DNA from: Heterodontus francisci
Taxonomy: Eukaryota
DNA length: 64,000 nt
NCBI RefSeq assembly: GCF_036365525.1
Contig: NC_090387.1
Coordinates: 19,994,173-20,058,172 of the forward strand
Direction of reading: 5' to 3'
Every line of letters begins with the position of its first letter. Position 1 is the first letter of the stretch. This document shows positions 35,531 to 46,490 of this stretch, piece by piece. The translations under genes were made by a program, and so were the position numbers. Below the pieces are notes generated by a model that saw only the letters and a program-made list of their open reading frames with translations, did not search any database and was not told where the DNA came from.

Positions 35531-37504
35531 GACCCGCCGGCTTTTCAGATCGTGAACGGGACGGCACGTGACGGCCTCCCGTTCAACGAAAAATCCAGCA
35601 GTGTCGGTGGAGAGGCGGCGTACTGCATAATCAGCATAGGTAAGTAAGCATTACCATATGCTAATTGTGGTGCCGCTGCCATGCAGCGGGGGTGGGGGGG
35701 GCCGCACCGAGGTCCCGCTGCCACCAGTAAAATGCAGCGGGCCCATCTCAAAGTCACGGCCTCCCCCCAAAGCATTTTACCGGCCCCTGCACCGCGACCC
35801 ACTGCGTCGAGGGGCTGGAAAATTCAGCCCACCGTATTTTTAGCTCCCCCTCAGTGAATTCTTGTTTACTGCTCTAATTGTAAGGCAAAGAAATCAGACA
35901 AGTTTCCTTAGATTTAAACAAGAAAGGTGGAAGTTTATTAAACTTAAACTCTAATCCGGTTACCGAATATGCAATGCGACCATGCTAGCATGCATATGCG
36001 ATAAACGCACATGCAGGTAGAGACTGAAAAGTAGAAAGAATAAAGGGAAAATGGTTGAGACAATATCTGGTAGTTACGGCCCTTTAAGTTTATTGTAGAG
36101 TCTCTGGTTGCCGGTATGTCTTGCAATTCGTTGGTGCACGCTTCAACTGGTTTCAATGAAGAAGTCTTTTCTCTCTTGAGGTTTACGTGCCTTCCGTGGG
36201 TCCGGTGGCTTGGGAGAAAGCGAGAGAGAGAGAGAGGCTTCCTTGTTCCAGCTTCAGTTGCACACTGCCTTCTGTTCCTTTCTGTGTGGCACAATTCAAA
36301 GAACCCCAGGTTGCCCAGCAGGTTAGTCATGTGACTATTTGGAACAGTCTCTCCTGCAACGTTTGTGGATTGTATTACCTTAGCAGTCTCTGGAATACAC
36401 TTCCTTACACCTTCAATGTCTGGTGATCAAAATCCATTTGGATTAATTGGAGCAGGGAATAGTCCTTTGTCTCCACAAGCAGTGTCTCTTAGTATGCAAA
36501 TGTACTTCCAGCCCAGTGTTTGGTGATCTTCAAACAAGTAATTTCTTCACTCCAGCAACAGTTTAAAATCAATGTTCATATGACAAAATTAATATGCCTC
36601 ATTCTTGGCAGGTGGGGGTCTGCATGACAGTAATATTTCCAAGTTTGCAGATGACACGAAACTACGTGGAAGTGTGAGTTGTGAGGAGGATGCAAACATA
36701 TTTCAAGGGGTTTTGGAGGGGCTAAGCGAGTGGGCAAAATTTGACAGTTGGAATACAATGTGGAGAAATGTGAGGTTATCCACTTTGGTAGGAAAAACAG
36801 AAATACACAGTATTTCTTAAATGGTGAGAGGCTGAGAAGTGTTGAATTTCAAGTGGACTTGGATGTCCTTGTTCATGAGTCAGTGAACTTGGAGGATTGT
36901 GTGCAGTTTTGGTCTCCTTACCTAAGGAAAGATATACTTGTCATAGAGGGAGGAATGGAGGGATTGTCCTATGAGGAAAGATTAAATAGACTGGGCATTT
37001 ATTCTCTGATGTTTAGAAGAATGAGAGGTGATTTCATTCAAACATACAAAATTCTTAAAGGCCTCGACAGGATTGATGCAGGAAGAATGTTTCCCTTGGC
37101 TGGGGAGTGTAGAACCAAGGGGCACAGTCTCAGAATAAGGGGCAAGCCATTTAGGACTGAGATGAGGAGGAATTTCTTCACTCAGAGGGTGGTGAATCCT
37201 TGGAATTCTCTGCCCCAGTAGCATACTCATTGAGTATGCTCAATACTGAGATCGATAGATTTCTACATATAAAAACATGAAGGGATACGAGGATAGTGCA
37301 GGAAAATGTTGTTGATGTAGAAGATCAGCCATGATCTCATTGAATAGTGGAGAGGGTTCAAATGGCCTTGTCCTGCTTATATTTCATATGTTATGTTCTT
37401 TTGTTATGCTCCATACTTGTAAATGCTGGAGCTGGAGAACAGCAAGTGAGTCAGCAAGCTGTGACTCAGTTTGCAGGTGCTGTGTTGGTTTTTGAAATGA
37501 AACT

Positions 37505-37950
37505 AAAAGAAAGAACTTGCAATTATATAGTGCATTTCAGAACCTCAGAACATCTCAAAGGGCTTTACAGCCAATGAAGTACTTTTGACATGTCATTACT
37601 GTTACAAATGTAGGAAATGTGACAACCAATTTGTTGCAGGAAGCTCCCACACACAGCAATGTGATAATGATAATCTTTTTTTTTGATGATGTTGATTGAG
37701 GGATAAATATTGGTGATAAAATATCAGGTAATGCCACTGCTCTTCTTTGAAGTGCCATGGCATCTTGTGCATTCATCTGAGAAGCAGACTGGGGCTCAGT
37801 TTAATTTCCCATCCTCAAGACGGCACTTACAACAATGCAGCACTCTCTCAGTACTGCACTGGCGTGCCAAACTAGATTTTTGTGCTCAAGTCCCTAGAAT
37901 GAGGCTTGAAATCACAACCTTCCAACTCAAAGGTGCCACCAACTGAGCCT
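37505..37950 (-). mobile_element. Near full-length Deu-domain SINE
   Basis: Tail AAAGAACTTGCAATTATATAG, Deu core GCTCCCACACACAGCAATGTGATAATG, head ..CCAACTGAGCC. Confidence 0.85.
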
Positions 37951-38399
37951 CAGCTAACACTCACTTCCTGTGCTGAATGTTTGAATGAAGCCAAGAGCCC
38001 AAAAAAAAAACTGTATTCTGACACAAAGAGCTAACTTGAGCTCAAATCCAGAGGAGCAATATCAATAGCACAAATGTGAATTTTTTCTTTTCCTATTGCT
38101 ACCATCCTTGAGGCCTGACTGTGTGAGACTCCCAATTAAGTGGCAATTAATGTGCACTATAAGCATCAAGAAAACCATGGTCATGGGACAAGGTATTGCA
38201 TCTCTGCCCCTGATAACACCCCACTGGAGTGGTTAGCAAATTCAGCTACCTTGGGCCCACGGGGACAGACAATCAGTCCCTTGATGCAGAGCTCAATACA
38301 CGCATAGGGAAAGCAGCTACCACCTTGGGCTAACTCTCAAAACGTGTATGGGAAGCCATCCAAACACAAAGTCAAGAGAAAAATTAAAAAAAAAGGTGG

Positions 38400-38865
38400 G
38401 GGGGGGGGAACAGCAAAAAAGACACGATAAAAGAAAAAAATGGGAGCAGAGGTTGTGATCTAAAATTTCTGAACTCAGTATTGAGTCTGGAAGGCTGTTA
38501 AGTGCCCAGTTTAAAGATGAGGTGCTGTTCCTTGAGATTTCTTTGAGATTCATTTGAACACTTCAACAGACAATGGACAGCAAGGTGGAGAATTAAAATG
38601 ACAAGCGACAGGAAACACGGTGTTGCGCTTGCATGATGGATCTTGCCTTTGTGTGAAAGTGTAAAATGGATATTAGTTAGCCAGCTGCCCATTGCACATC
38701 TACAATGGAAATAAAAATCAAGAGATGTTAATGGGCTGTCATTCACTATTATCCATTTCGCACAAAGCCAAGGTCTACCCCAATATGTTTCGCCCAAAGA
38801 CATATACCGAGTGCATTGCAGATTGAATAAACTAGAAACTTAATTAAGGGCTTCTGGCATGTGTG
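38400..38865 (-). mobile_element. Penelope-like GIY-YIG endonuclease fragment
   Basis: LVYSIC..(GET)..; CSNESQRNLKEQHLIFKLGT*QPSRLNTEFRNF. Confidence 0.8.
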
Positions 38866-38870
38866 GAGCT

Positions 38871-39105
38871 CATACATAAGAAAATAAGAAAAAGGAGCAG
38901 TAGTAGACCATATGGCCCTTTGAGCCTGCTCCATCATTCAACATGATCGTGGTTGATCCTCTGCCTCAATTCCACCCTCCTGCCCGCGTCCCATATCCCT
39001 TGATTCTCTGAGGGACCAAAAATCTACCAATTGGAGCCTTGAATATATTCAATGATGGAGCATCCCCAACCCTCTTGCATGGAGAATTCCAACGATTCAC
39101 AACAA
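38871..39105 (-). mobile_element. CR1 3' fragment
   Basis: CATAAGAAAATAAG tail and GAGCCTGCTCCATCATTCAACATGATC. Confidence 0.85.
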
Positions 39106-40014
39106 TAGCAGGTAACAGAGGGTTCATGATATTTGTGAAGTGATACCTCAGGAATTACCAGAGATTCCCAGCAAATGATAGCAAACTTGTTGAGTCCATA
39201 TGTCAGCAAATACCAAAGGGTTGCTGGCACCTTGGGAGTAACACCTCAACAGGTGCCAGAGGTTGGGGTACCTATGGAACCCTATTCTGGCAATTAATTG
39301 AGTGTTGTGGGACGTGTGGAACTATATCCATAGTATTGTGTGGGATGGCATGTAGTTGATGAAAAGCAAGCAGGTTAATCTGTTGTGTGCTTTGGGACAC
39401 AGCAAAAGGAAAATGTACAGTTCTGAACAGAGTGGCTTACTAATTTTCAATGTGGATTTTGAGTCACATTCATGTAAACCTTTCTTCACTTTTATGAGTG
39501 TAGCCCTTATTAGTACCTTACAATTGCTCTATTAAGAATTGCTGGAGGCAGTGTGGAAAGCCTTACTTCCAGATATTCTGCTCAAAGGGCTTTTTTTTTG
39601 TACAAACAAAAAGGAAAAACAAAAAAAACTAAAGTTCTAATACAGGCTGCCAGTGAAAGTCCTGCCATCAGTCTCCGGGCATATCTTTGCAACCTCTTCC
39701 TGCCAATTTTATATTATCACAGGGCTGTCAACAGTAATCACACACAATAAGTTCCAGCTCACAGTGTGTATGTTTTTCTTCAGCATTTTCCTCACTCTTC
39801 TTTTAACATTTCACAAGCCAACCGTCTCCACTTTGAATAACTGTCCCCATGGGCAGTTTTGAAATGCTCAGAACACACTAAAAAATGATAAATTACAACC
39901 ACAAATCCTCCACACTGCTAAAAGATCTTAGCACTGCGTCTTAATGTGATTTGATGAAAATTACCTCTTGATCTACGCCACAATCATAAAATTAGTCTTA
40001 GGTCATTTTTGAAG

Positions 40015-40255
40015 TGAAATCAGGAAGTCGTTTTGAAACACAAAAGGTGGCGAAAATCTCAAATTCTGCCCCCCAAAGATAATGGGGTCTGTTGAAATTT
40101 TCAAGACTGAATAGATAGATTTTGTTAGGTAAGGGTATCAAAGGATATTGAACAAAGTCAAATGGATTTGAGCTACAGATCAGCTATGATCTAATAGAAT
40201 TGTGGAACAGGCTCAAGGGGCTGAATGGCCTATTCCTGCTTTTGTCTTCCTGTAT
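40015..40255 (+). mobile_element. Old CR1 3' fragment
   Basis: ..AAGGGTATCAAAGGATAT..GGCTCAAGGGGCTGAATGGCCTATTCCTG. Confidence 0.75.
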
Positions 40256-40829
40256 TCAACACATTTAGTAACTGGTTTCCTCCTAAAACTAAGGGTATGC
40301 CACTACACATCCTCTTTTACAGGGGCACTGAGTAGATGCAATAAAATGTCTATTGTGTTCCCCTTTGAAAGAAAATTATTTCTTCAGATTAACCAGTACT
40401 TTCTTTCAGAGGAAGGCAAGAAGTGTTACTTGTATTATGAACTAGTACCATACTGTTAAGTATTCAGACTTAAAACTGCTGCTCAAGCTGCAGTCAAAAA
40501 CATATGTCATACATTAATTTTTTTCCTTACTTTCCTGTCAATTGAATCAGTCAAATGAACCATATGATTGCACTTTATTTTACATTAGTGGCCGCTTTTA
40601 TCAAACTCTGGCTATTTAGTTGACTGAAGAGACCAATTCTTGTTAGTGTATCATTTTCTAAGAATGTGCTTTTGCTGATTGTAATCACAAACCAGTGTGT
40701 TTGAAAACCTATTTAGAATTCAAAGGTCCATATTTCAACCCACCTATTACCATCATTCTGTGGGCCCTGTTCTGGATGATGGGCCCTCCAACTGATTCAA
40801 TATGTTGGAATAACAGAGTGCTTTTGTCA

Positions 40830-41335
40830 ACATTCAGTTGAAAGGATATACTGACCAGGGAGAGGGTGCTGAGCAGATTCACCAGTATGCTAGTGAGGTC
40901 TACAGGGTTAAATTATCAGGACAGGCTGTATTTATTAGATTTATATTCCCTTTCATATGGAAGATTAAGTGGTGATCTAATTGAGGCATTTATAAGATGA
41001 TTAAAGGATTTGATAGGGTAGACAGAGAATAACCTTTTCTTCTGGTGGGTGAGTCTAGAACAAAGGGGCATAATTAGAGGTAGGCTGTTAAGGGGTGATG
41101 TCAGGAAGAAACTTTTCTTACAAAATCTGGAAATCTGGAACTGTCAACCCAAAAAGCTATTGAGTCTGAGGGTCAACTGAAAATTTCAAAACTGAGATTG
41201 ATAGATTTTTGTTTGGTAAGGGTATTAAGGATTATGGAACTAAGGCAGGGTAAATAGAGTTATAAGGCAAATCAGTCATGATCTAACTGAATGGAGGAGC
41301 AGGCTTGAAGGGTTGGAAGGACTACTCCTGTCCTC
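40830..41335 (+). mobile_element. Old CR1 3' fragment
   Basis: Decayed RRLRGDLIE..KGFDRVD region and CR1 3' UTR. Confidence 0.8.
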
Positions 41336-41505
41336 TTTTGCTGTCCCCTGATCCAGCATTCAACGAGGATTGAATTGGAATCTCAACTGAACTCAGAAAG
41401 AGCAAAAATACTTTTGATTTGCCGCTATCATGTGATGATCCACTGTTACATGTTTTAATTTATCAAACTTCTTTTGAAGTATTTTTTCACCCTACTCCTC
41501 TAACA

Positions 41506-41949
41506 CAGTGGTTCTTAAAGTGTGGTCCATGACCATTGGTGGTCCGCGAGGGTCCACTAGGTGGTCTGCGGGCTGGTTCAAAATACAAGTCATTGAAGCT
41601 GGCATTTGGTGAGAACAGTTTGTTGGACTTTTGGCTGCACGCACGGTCTGAGTATCCTGGACTTGCCAATGCAGCTCTGAAGCACCTACTGCCATTCCCA
41701 CCAAAATACCACTGCAAAATTGGATTTTCAACACTTGTGGGGCTGAAAACAAAGAGGAACCGTCTGAATGTGGAGCCTAACATGAGACTGGAGCTCTCCA
41801 TCTTGGAACCAGATATCATCTCATTGGTGTCTCATCAAAAGCAGTGCCATTCTTCCCATTAATTCTGATGAGTTTTTTGTGGTGGCAAGTGAAAATTGGT
41901 GGGGTAGGACCACTTGCCCTACCTAAGTGGAAAAGCTTGAGAAACACTA
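41506..41949 (+). mobile_element. hAT (Charlie/Buster-type) internal deletion derivative
   Basis: TIRs CAGTGGTTCTTAAAGT and AGCTTGAGAAACACTA; ORF 41536-41862 encodes the C-terminal dimerisation domain FW..SEYPGLANAALKHLLPF..GFSTL..KTKRNRL..MRLELS..EP..QCHSSH. Confidence 0.88.
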
Positions 41950-42084
41950 ATATACAATCGTTGGTCCAGTGTATTTGTATCTACTGAGCCACCCTTGATG
42001 GGGAGCTGGAGAATCAGTGAGCTGGCATGTAATGAAGTAAATTGATTGCTCTTGTTCTGGAGGCCTGACTTTTCTGAATTTTCA

Positions 42085-42575
42085 AAAGACTGCATGAAAG
42101 ATTGTTACACAAGATAAGAGCTCATGGGGTTGGGGATAATATATTAGAATGGATAGAGAATTGGTGAAAGGACAAAAACAGGGAGTAGAAATAAACGGCT
42201 CGTTGTCAGGTTGGGAGGCTGTTGCTAGTGGGGTACCACAAGAATCAGAGCTGGGGCCTCTGTTCTATTCCATGAAGCCAGGCAGTGAGAGATAGAACTG
42301 GAGCCTAATCTTTACACACTTTTATAAGTTTTTATTTACAGAGATACACATGACAAGTATGTACCACCTCACCCAACCATTGATGTTCAGTCTGTTCCTA
42401 CTTATAGGAGCAGAAGTGAATCCCCAGTTAATGCACCCACCACCTGCATACAACTAAACCCAGATATTTACAATCTATATTAATGACTTAGTTGAAGTGA
42501 CTGACTGTAATGCATCCAAGCTTGCTGATGATACAAAGCTAGGTAGGAAACTAAGCTGTGGGGAGGACACAGAGA
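42085..42575 (+). mobile_element. CR1 RT fragment with an internal ~200-bp insert
   Basis: KIRAHGVG..WIENW..SGVPQ and IYINDL..KLADDTKLG; a foreign segment lies at ~42261-42460. Confidence 0.8.
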
Positions 42576-43037
42576 GCACAAAATTGGATTCCGTAGTGCC
42601 ACTGATGCAGGTGCTATTGGAACCCCAAAGTAAGAAAATGGTGCCGCCGCTTCTGGCATCTCTCACATGGTGCTTCAAGCTGGAAGGGGGGCTAGTGCGG
42701 GCATGCCTTGTGTGTGCTAGAAGCGTCTGGAGTGGTGCAATCTTCATGACAAACAGCTGTTCCTGCTGATTTGGTACGAGTTTCAGGAAACCCATCTGCG
42801 CATGTCCAAACAATGCCTGTGCTGATCACTCCCAGCTGATTAGGCATTCAGCAGCACAAGAACCCCCCACATCCTCCACAACAGCACTGTTTAAGGGGCC
42901 AGGCACCAACTTGCAGTAAGTTTTTGGACTTACTTTTACTAAGGCTGAATTTGTGGATACACTGTGCTGTATTTTTGGATTCTTTTGAAGAACTGGTGCT
43001 TAAAATCAGGGAAGATACAGGAATTGGTGACTGAGGT

Positions 43038-44110
43038 ATGGGAGTTTTGGTTGCAGTGCCTCTGGATTCGCAATATGACCATCAGATGGAGCAGAGGCTG
43101 CAGAGAGGGGAAGCTCTGCAAAGGGTGAGGAGGAGGAGGGCTCTCCACAGAATGTCCTACCCACCAGGTGCTTCGCGGGAGCACTTCTCCTACCTCCACG
43201 TGATTCAGGAGCAATGCCTGAGGTAACTCAGGTTCAACAAGGAGGTGGTCACAGAACAGTGCTGCCTTCTACAGCCCAACCTGGAGCCTCGCACCAGGGC
43301 AACGATGGTGCTGATAGCAGCCGTAAAAGCCACAGTGCCATTGACCTTTTATGCATCCTGGTCCTTCCAACTGGGAGTCGGACACATTTCCAGCATATCC
43401 CAGCACATTGTCCATTGGAGCATTCAGGACGTCATGGAGGTCATCTACTCTAGAAGAGAAGAGTGCAACAGCAGGGATAAGCAGGATGAGAGGGCACATG
43501 GTCTTGCTAGAATAGCAGGATTCCTGTTGGTGCTCAGCAGAATCGACTGCAGTTGGCTCCCCGACAACCAGGAGAGACACAGGAACCATGAGGGCTATTA
43601 TTTTTTAATTGTACAGTTGGTCTGCGATCATGTCAACAACATAATGCCGGTGAATGTCCGCCATCCTGGCAGCCTCCATGATGCATTCATCCTGCGCCAG
43701 GCAGCTGTGCCCATTGTCTATGGACCTCCATGGAGAACCAGAGGTTGTCTGCTTGGGGACAAAGGCTACCCTCTGTATGCATGACTGAGGACAATAGACA
43801 AATCATGAGCATCACAGTCACAAGAAACATCGTGGAGCAGACAGTTGGTTCTGCCACCTTGATCACGTGGGAGGGTGCCCTCCAGTACATGCTGAAAATG
43901 TTGCAAAGTTTCTAGTGATCTGCTGCACCCAACATAACATTGCCATTATGAAGGTACAGCCATTGCCTCCAGGAATCTGGTGGCTACCTCAGGAGGTGGA
44001 GAAGGAAGAGGAGCAGGTAGGAATAATGCATTCTGGACCTCTTTGGTCTGGATGGGCTGTCAGAGAAGCACATTCTCAGACTCAATTTTCAAAGAAACTG
44101 CTTCTGCTGA
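43038..44110 (+). pseudogene. Harbinger DDE transposase (HARBI1-like), decayed
   Basis: FSYLHVIQEQCLR*LRF, FYASWSFQ, IAGF..RIDC, VQLVCDH, HPGSLHDAFIL and LLGDKGYPL. Confidence 0.92.
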
Positions 44111-44269
44111 CCACCATTCCCATCTGTCACATCCCTATCTGAGACGCCCCATCACAGTGTCCCCTGGCCATCATCCAACAATAAAGACCACCACAAAAAC
44201 CTTCTCATTAACATCTTTATCCAAATAGCACATTCAAATATGCAAACAGAAATGAACAATTCACTCTTG

Positions 44270-46000
44270 TGCAATCCCTTAGTGCTTGCCTTGTAGGTGC
44301 CCTTACCTGTCCAAGTGCTCCTATGCAGTACTCCCCCAGTGGTTGCAGCATGGTTGGTGGAGGGCTGCTGACTTTCATTGGGCGAAACTTGAGATGACCT
44401 TGCAGGACAGCCTTGAGCAGTTCTGGGCCTTGAGAGCCCGGCTTCAGACTGCACCACCCAGGCATGATCAGCACCTGTTTGGGCGGGCTGGCTGAGAGGC
44501 AACAGCAAAGGGAAATGGCGGAGTGGCAGTGGTGGGAGCACGAATGCTGTCATCCTGAGAAAGGTCAGCAGGCTTGTGCTTCACGGTGCCACTGCCACTC
44601 CCATAATCTGCACAGATTGCAGGACTACTGTGAGAGCCTGCATGCCCTTTTGAGCACTGAGATCTGCAGCCATAATGGCAGCAGTCTGAGCCTGCATGGG
44701 AGCAAGCATGAATCTCATGACCTCTATCTGACCTTCCACTGCAGCACTGAGACATTGGCCACCAGACATTGCATCAGGGCTGTGTATGCTAGTGCTGTCA
44801 CGGAATTGGCCACCACTTCCATGGGGGAAAGGATTGGCTCTAAGCTTTGCACGATTCCCTGAATCAAGGTGGAGTCGGACTCCTCCATGCTCCTTGGCAG
44901 TTTGAATGCACCAAGGATCTCAGTGTGCATGTTCATCTGTGTTCTCCTGTATGCCCCCTCAATGAAGTCCTCATCTGAATTCCCTGTAGCAGAACTCATC
45001 TGAGACCTTGCCCTCCAGGGGAGCTGGCACACAAACTACTCTTTCCCCCAGCCTGAATGCAGCTCACCCACGCCCCGTGACTCACCACATGCAGGTCCTG
45101 ACTCTATCCTACTCTCTAAAGTTCATGCAGTACCAGTATCTGAGCTGGTGGCTGCGGGTGTCAGATCAAGTGACACTGCTTCTTCATCACTGGTGTGCAG
45201 TTGCTCTGTCTCTTCTTCCTGGGTCTTCTTTGGCTGGCTAGGCAGTAGTTTTTGAGTATCTGAAGGAGAAAAGTAGAAAGGGAGGGCTGGGTGAGGGGGG
45301 GTGGTAGGGTGTTGGGTGTAAAGCAAGAGGTCCATGGTCACACCATCTGCAGCTTTCATTTTATGCCAGATAGCAGGATGAGGATGAGGAGGAGGTTAAG
45401 AAGGGGCATAAGGCAATAACATACTGGCATCGTGGATGGTCTCAGCGGTACCTGATGCTACAGGCTCTGTCACAGCTGGCTCCCTGATGCTCAACACCAT
45501 TGCCTCCTCCACGCTAAGTGGATGAAGGCGTCCCAACCCCATGCCAGTACTCTCTGCTCCCCTCAGTTATGGGCAACCTTTTCCTGCAAGACAGAGGGCA
45601 GAATGTTTGTGATTGTGCTGCACTGCATTTCGGTGAAATGCCCACCATAGCTGAATAGCTGGAGGTATGTGGACGCAGTGAGAGATGGGTTTGAGACTTG
45701 CATCATTGGAAGGTGTGTGTAGGTGAAACGGAGCATCTGAATGCTGTGAAACCTGAATGCTAGGGACTGCTGCTGGGTGAGTGATGGAGGTGTGGTGCTT
45801 TGTGCAGCATGTGATGTTGTTGGTGCCGTGGGTAGGAGATGTTGTGTGAAGATGCATTCATTGATCTTGCCCACCTGCGTAAGATCATTGTACAGTTTCC
45901 AGGTCTTTAGCACCAGACTCGGGGAATTGACCTCCCTTGCCACCAGCTCCCCTTCTGCTTTGAGGGCCTCCTGGTCTCCCTTGGAAATATGGCCTCTTTC
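44270..46000 (-). pseudogene. Harbinger Myb/SANT-like gene remnant, spliced
   Basis: AREVNS..KTWK..NDLTQVGK; acceptors TCTTGCAG (exon starts 45583, EKVAHN) and TCCTTCAG (exon starts 45259, DTQK). Confidence 0.75.
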
Positions 46001-46254
46001 CTCCTGAAGTTGCTGACTGGTTGCTGTGGTTTAGTTCGATTGACAGCGGTCATCTTCCTGTACCTCAAGTAGCCGTTATCTATGAGTGAGCTTGACCCAG
46101 CATCAGTAGGCTATTATGGAGGCAACATAGATAAAGGCAGTTCTTTGAATTGCACTGTTCCACTGTAGTTTCCTTGAAAATGGATACCTTACATAGGTAA
46201 GCAGGTAAATAACTTATTAAGTAATTGTTTTGTAATTTGGTGAAGTGACTGTGT

Positions 46255-46490
46255 TACATAGAATTACATAGAAACAGCGACACAGAAACTTGGCTCCACC
46301 AATTTGTGGTTGTATTTTTCCTCCAAAGGGGCAGTGGTCCTAATTTGATGTACCCACTCCTGTTGTATATCACTTTATTGCCTTCTCCATCAAGCACTAT
46401 TCTACCCTTTTCTTAAATTTGACATGGTCTCTTGTGTCAATCACTAATTCTGACAGCACATTCCACAGTCTCACAGCCCTCTGTTTAAAA
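46255..46490 (-). mobile_element. Very old CR1 3' fragment
   Basis: ACATAGAATTACATAGAA tail and CACATTCCACAGTCTCACAGCCCTCTG. Confidence 0.55.

Larger units (their letters stand above)
33964..35830. mobile_element. Non-autonomous Harbinger derivative with cargo
   Basis: Perfect 12-bp TIRs GGGCTGAATTTT/AAAATTCAGCCC; ACC TSD; transposase N-terminal remnant on - (IYRPHMTCHWMSEHQCQRTLR..VVTRLCALLKDDLQP, ~34680-34810). Confidence 0.9.
33878..36629 (-). mobile_element. Solo LTR (~880 bp) interrupted by a Harbinger derivative
   Basis: TGTTACGACC...GCATGACA; exact 5-bp TSD GTAAT at 33873-33877 and 36630-36634, within CR1 RT. Confidence 0.92.
29773..37400 (+). mobile_element. CR1 family B (late ORF1 to 3' end) broken into three blocks by nested inserts
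   Basis: Blocks at 29773-30928, ~32726-33877 and 36630-37400 are collinear with the 5250-8697 element. Confidence 0.88.
42574..46005. mobile_element. Second decayed two-gene PIF/Harbinger transposon (right end missing)
   Basis: Transposase on + and spliced Myb/SANT gene on -, convergent; same layout as 17635-26468 but inverted. Confidence 0.88.

Noticed and set aside
41536-41862. Exon of a ZBED5/SCAND3-type domesticated gene
   Set aside because: It is bounded closely by TIRs and lacks the catalytic core.
43038-44110. Host HARBI1 gene
   Set aside because: It has multiple stops and frameshifts, sits in a transposon with its Myb partner, and there are several paralogous relics in the window.
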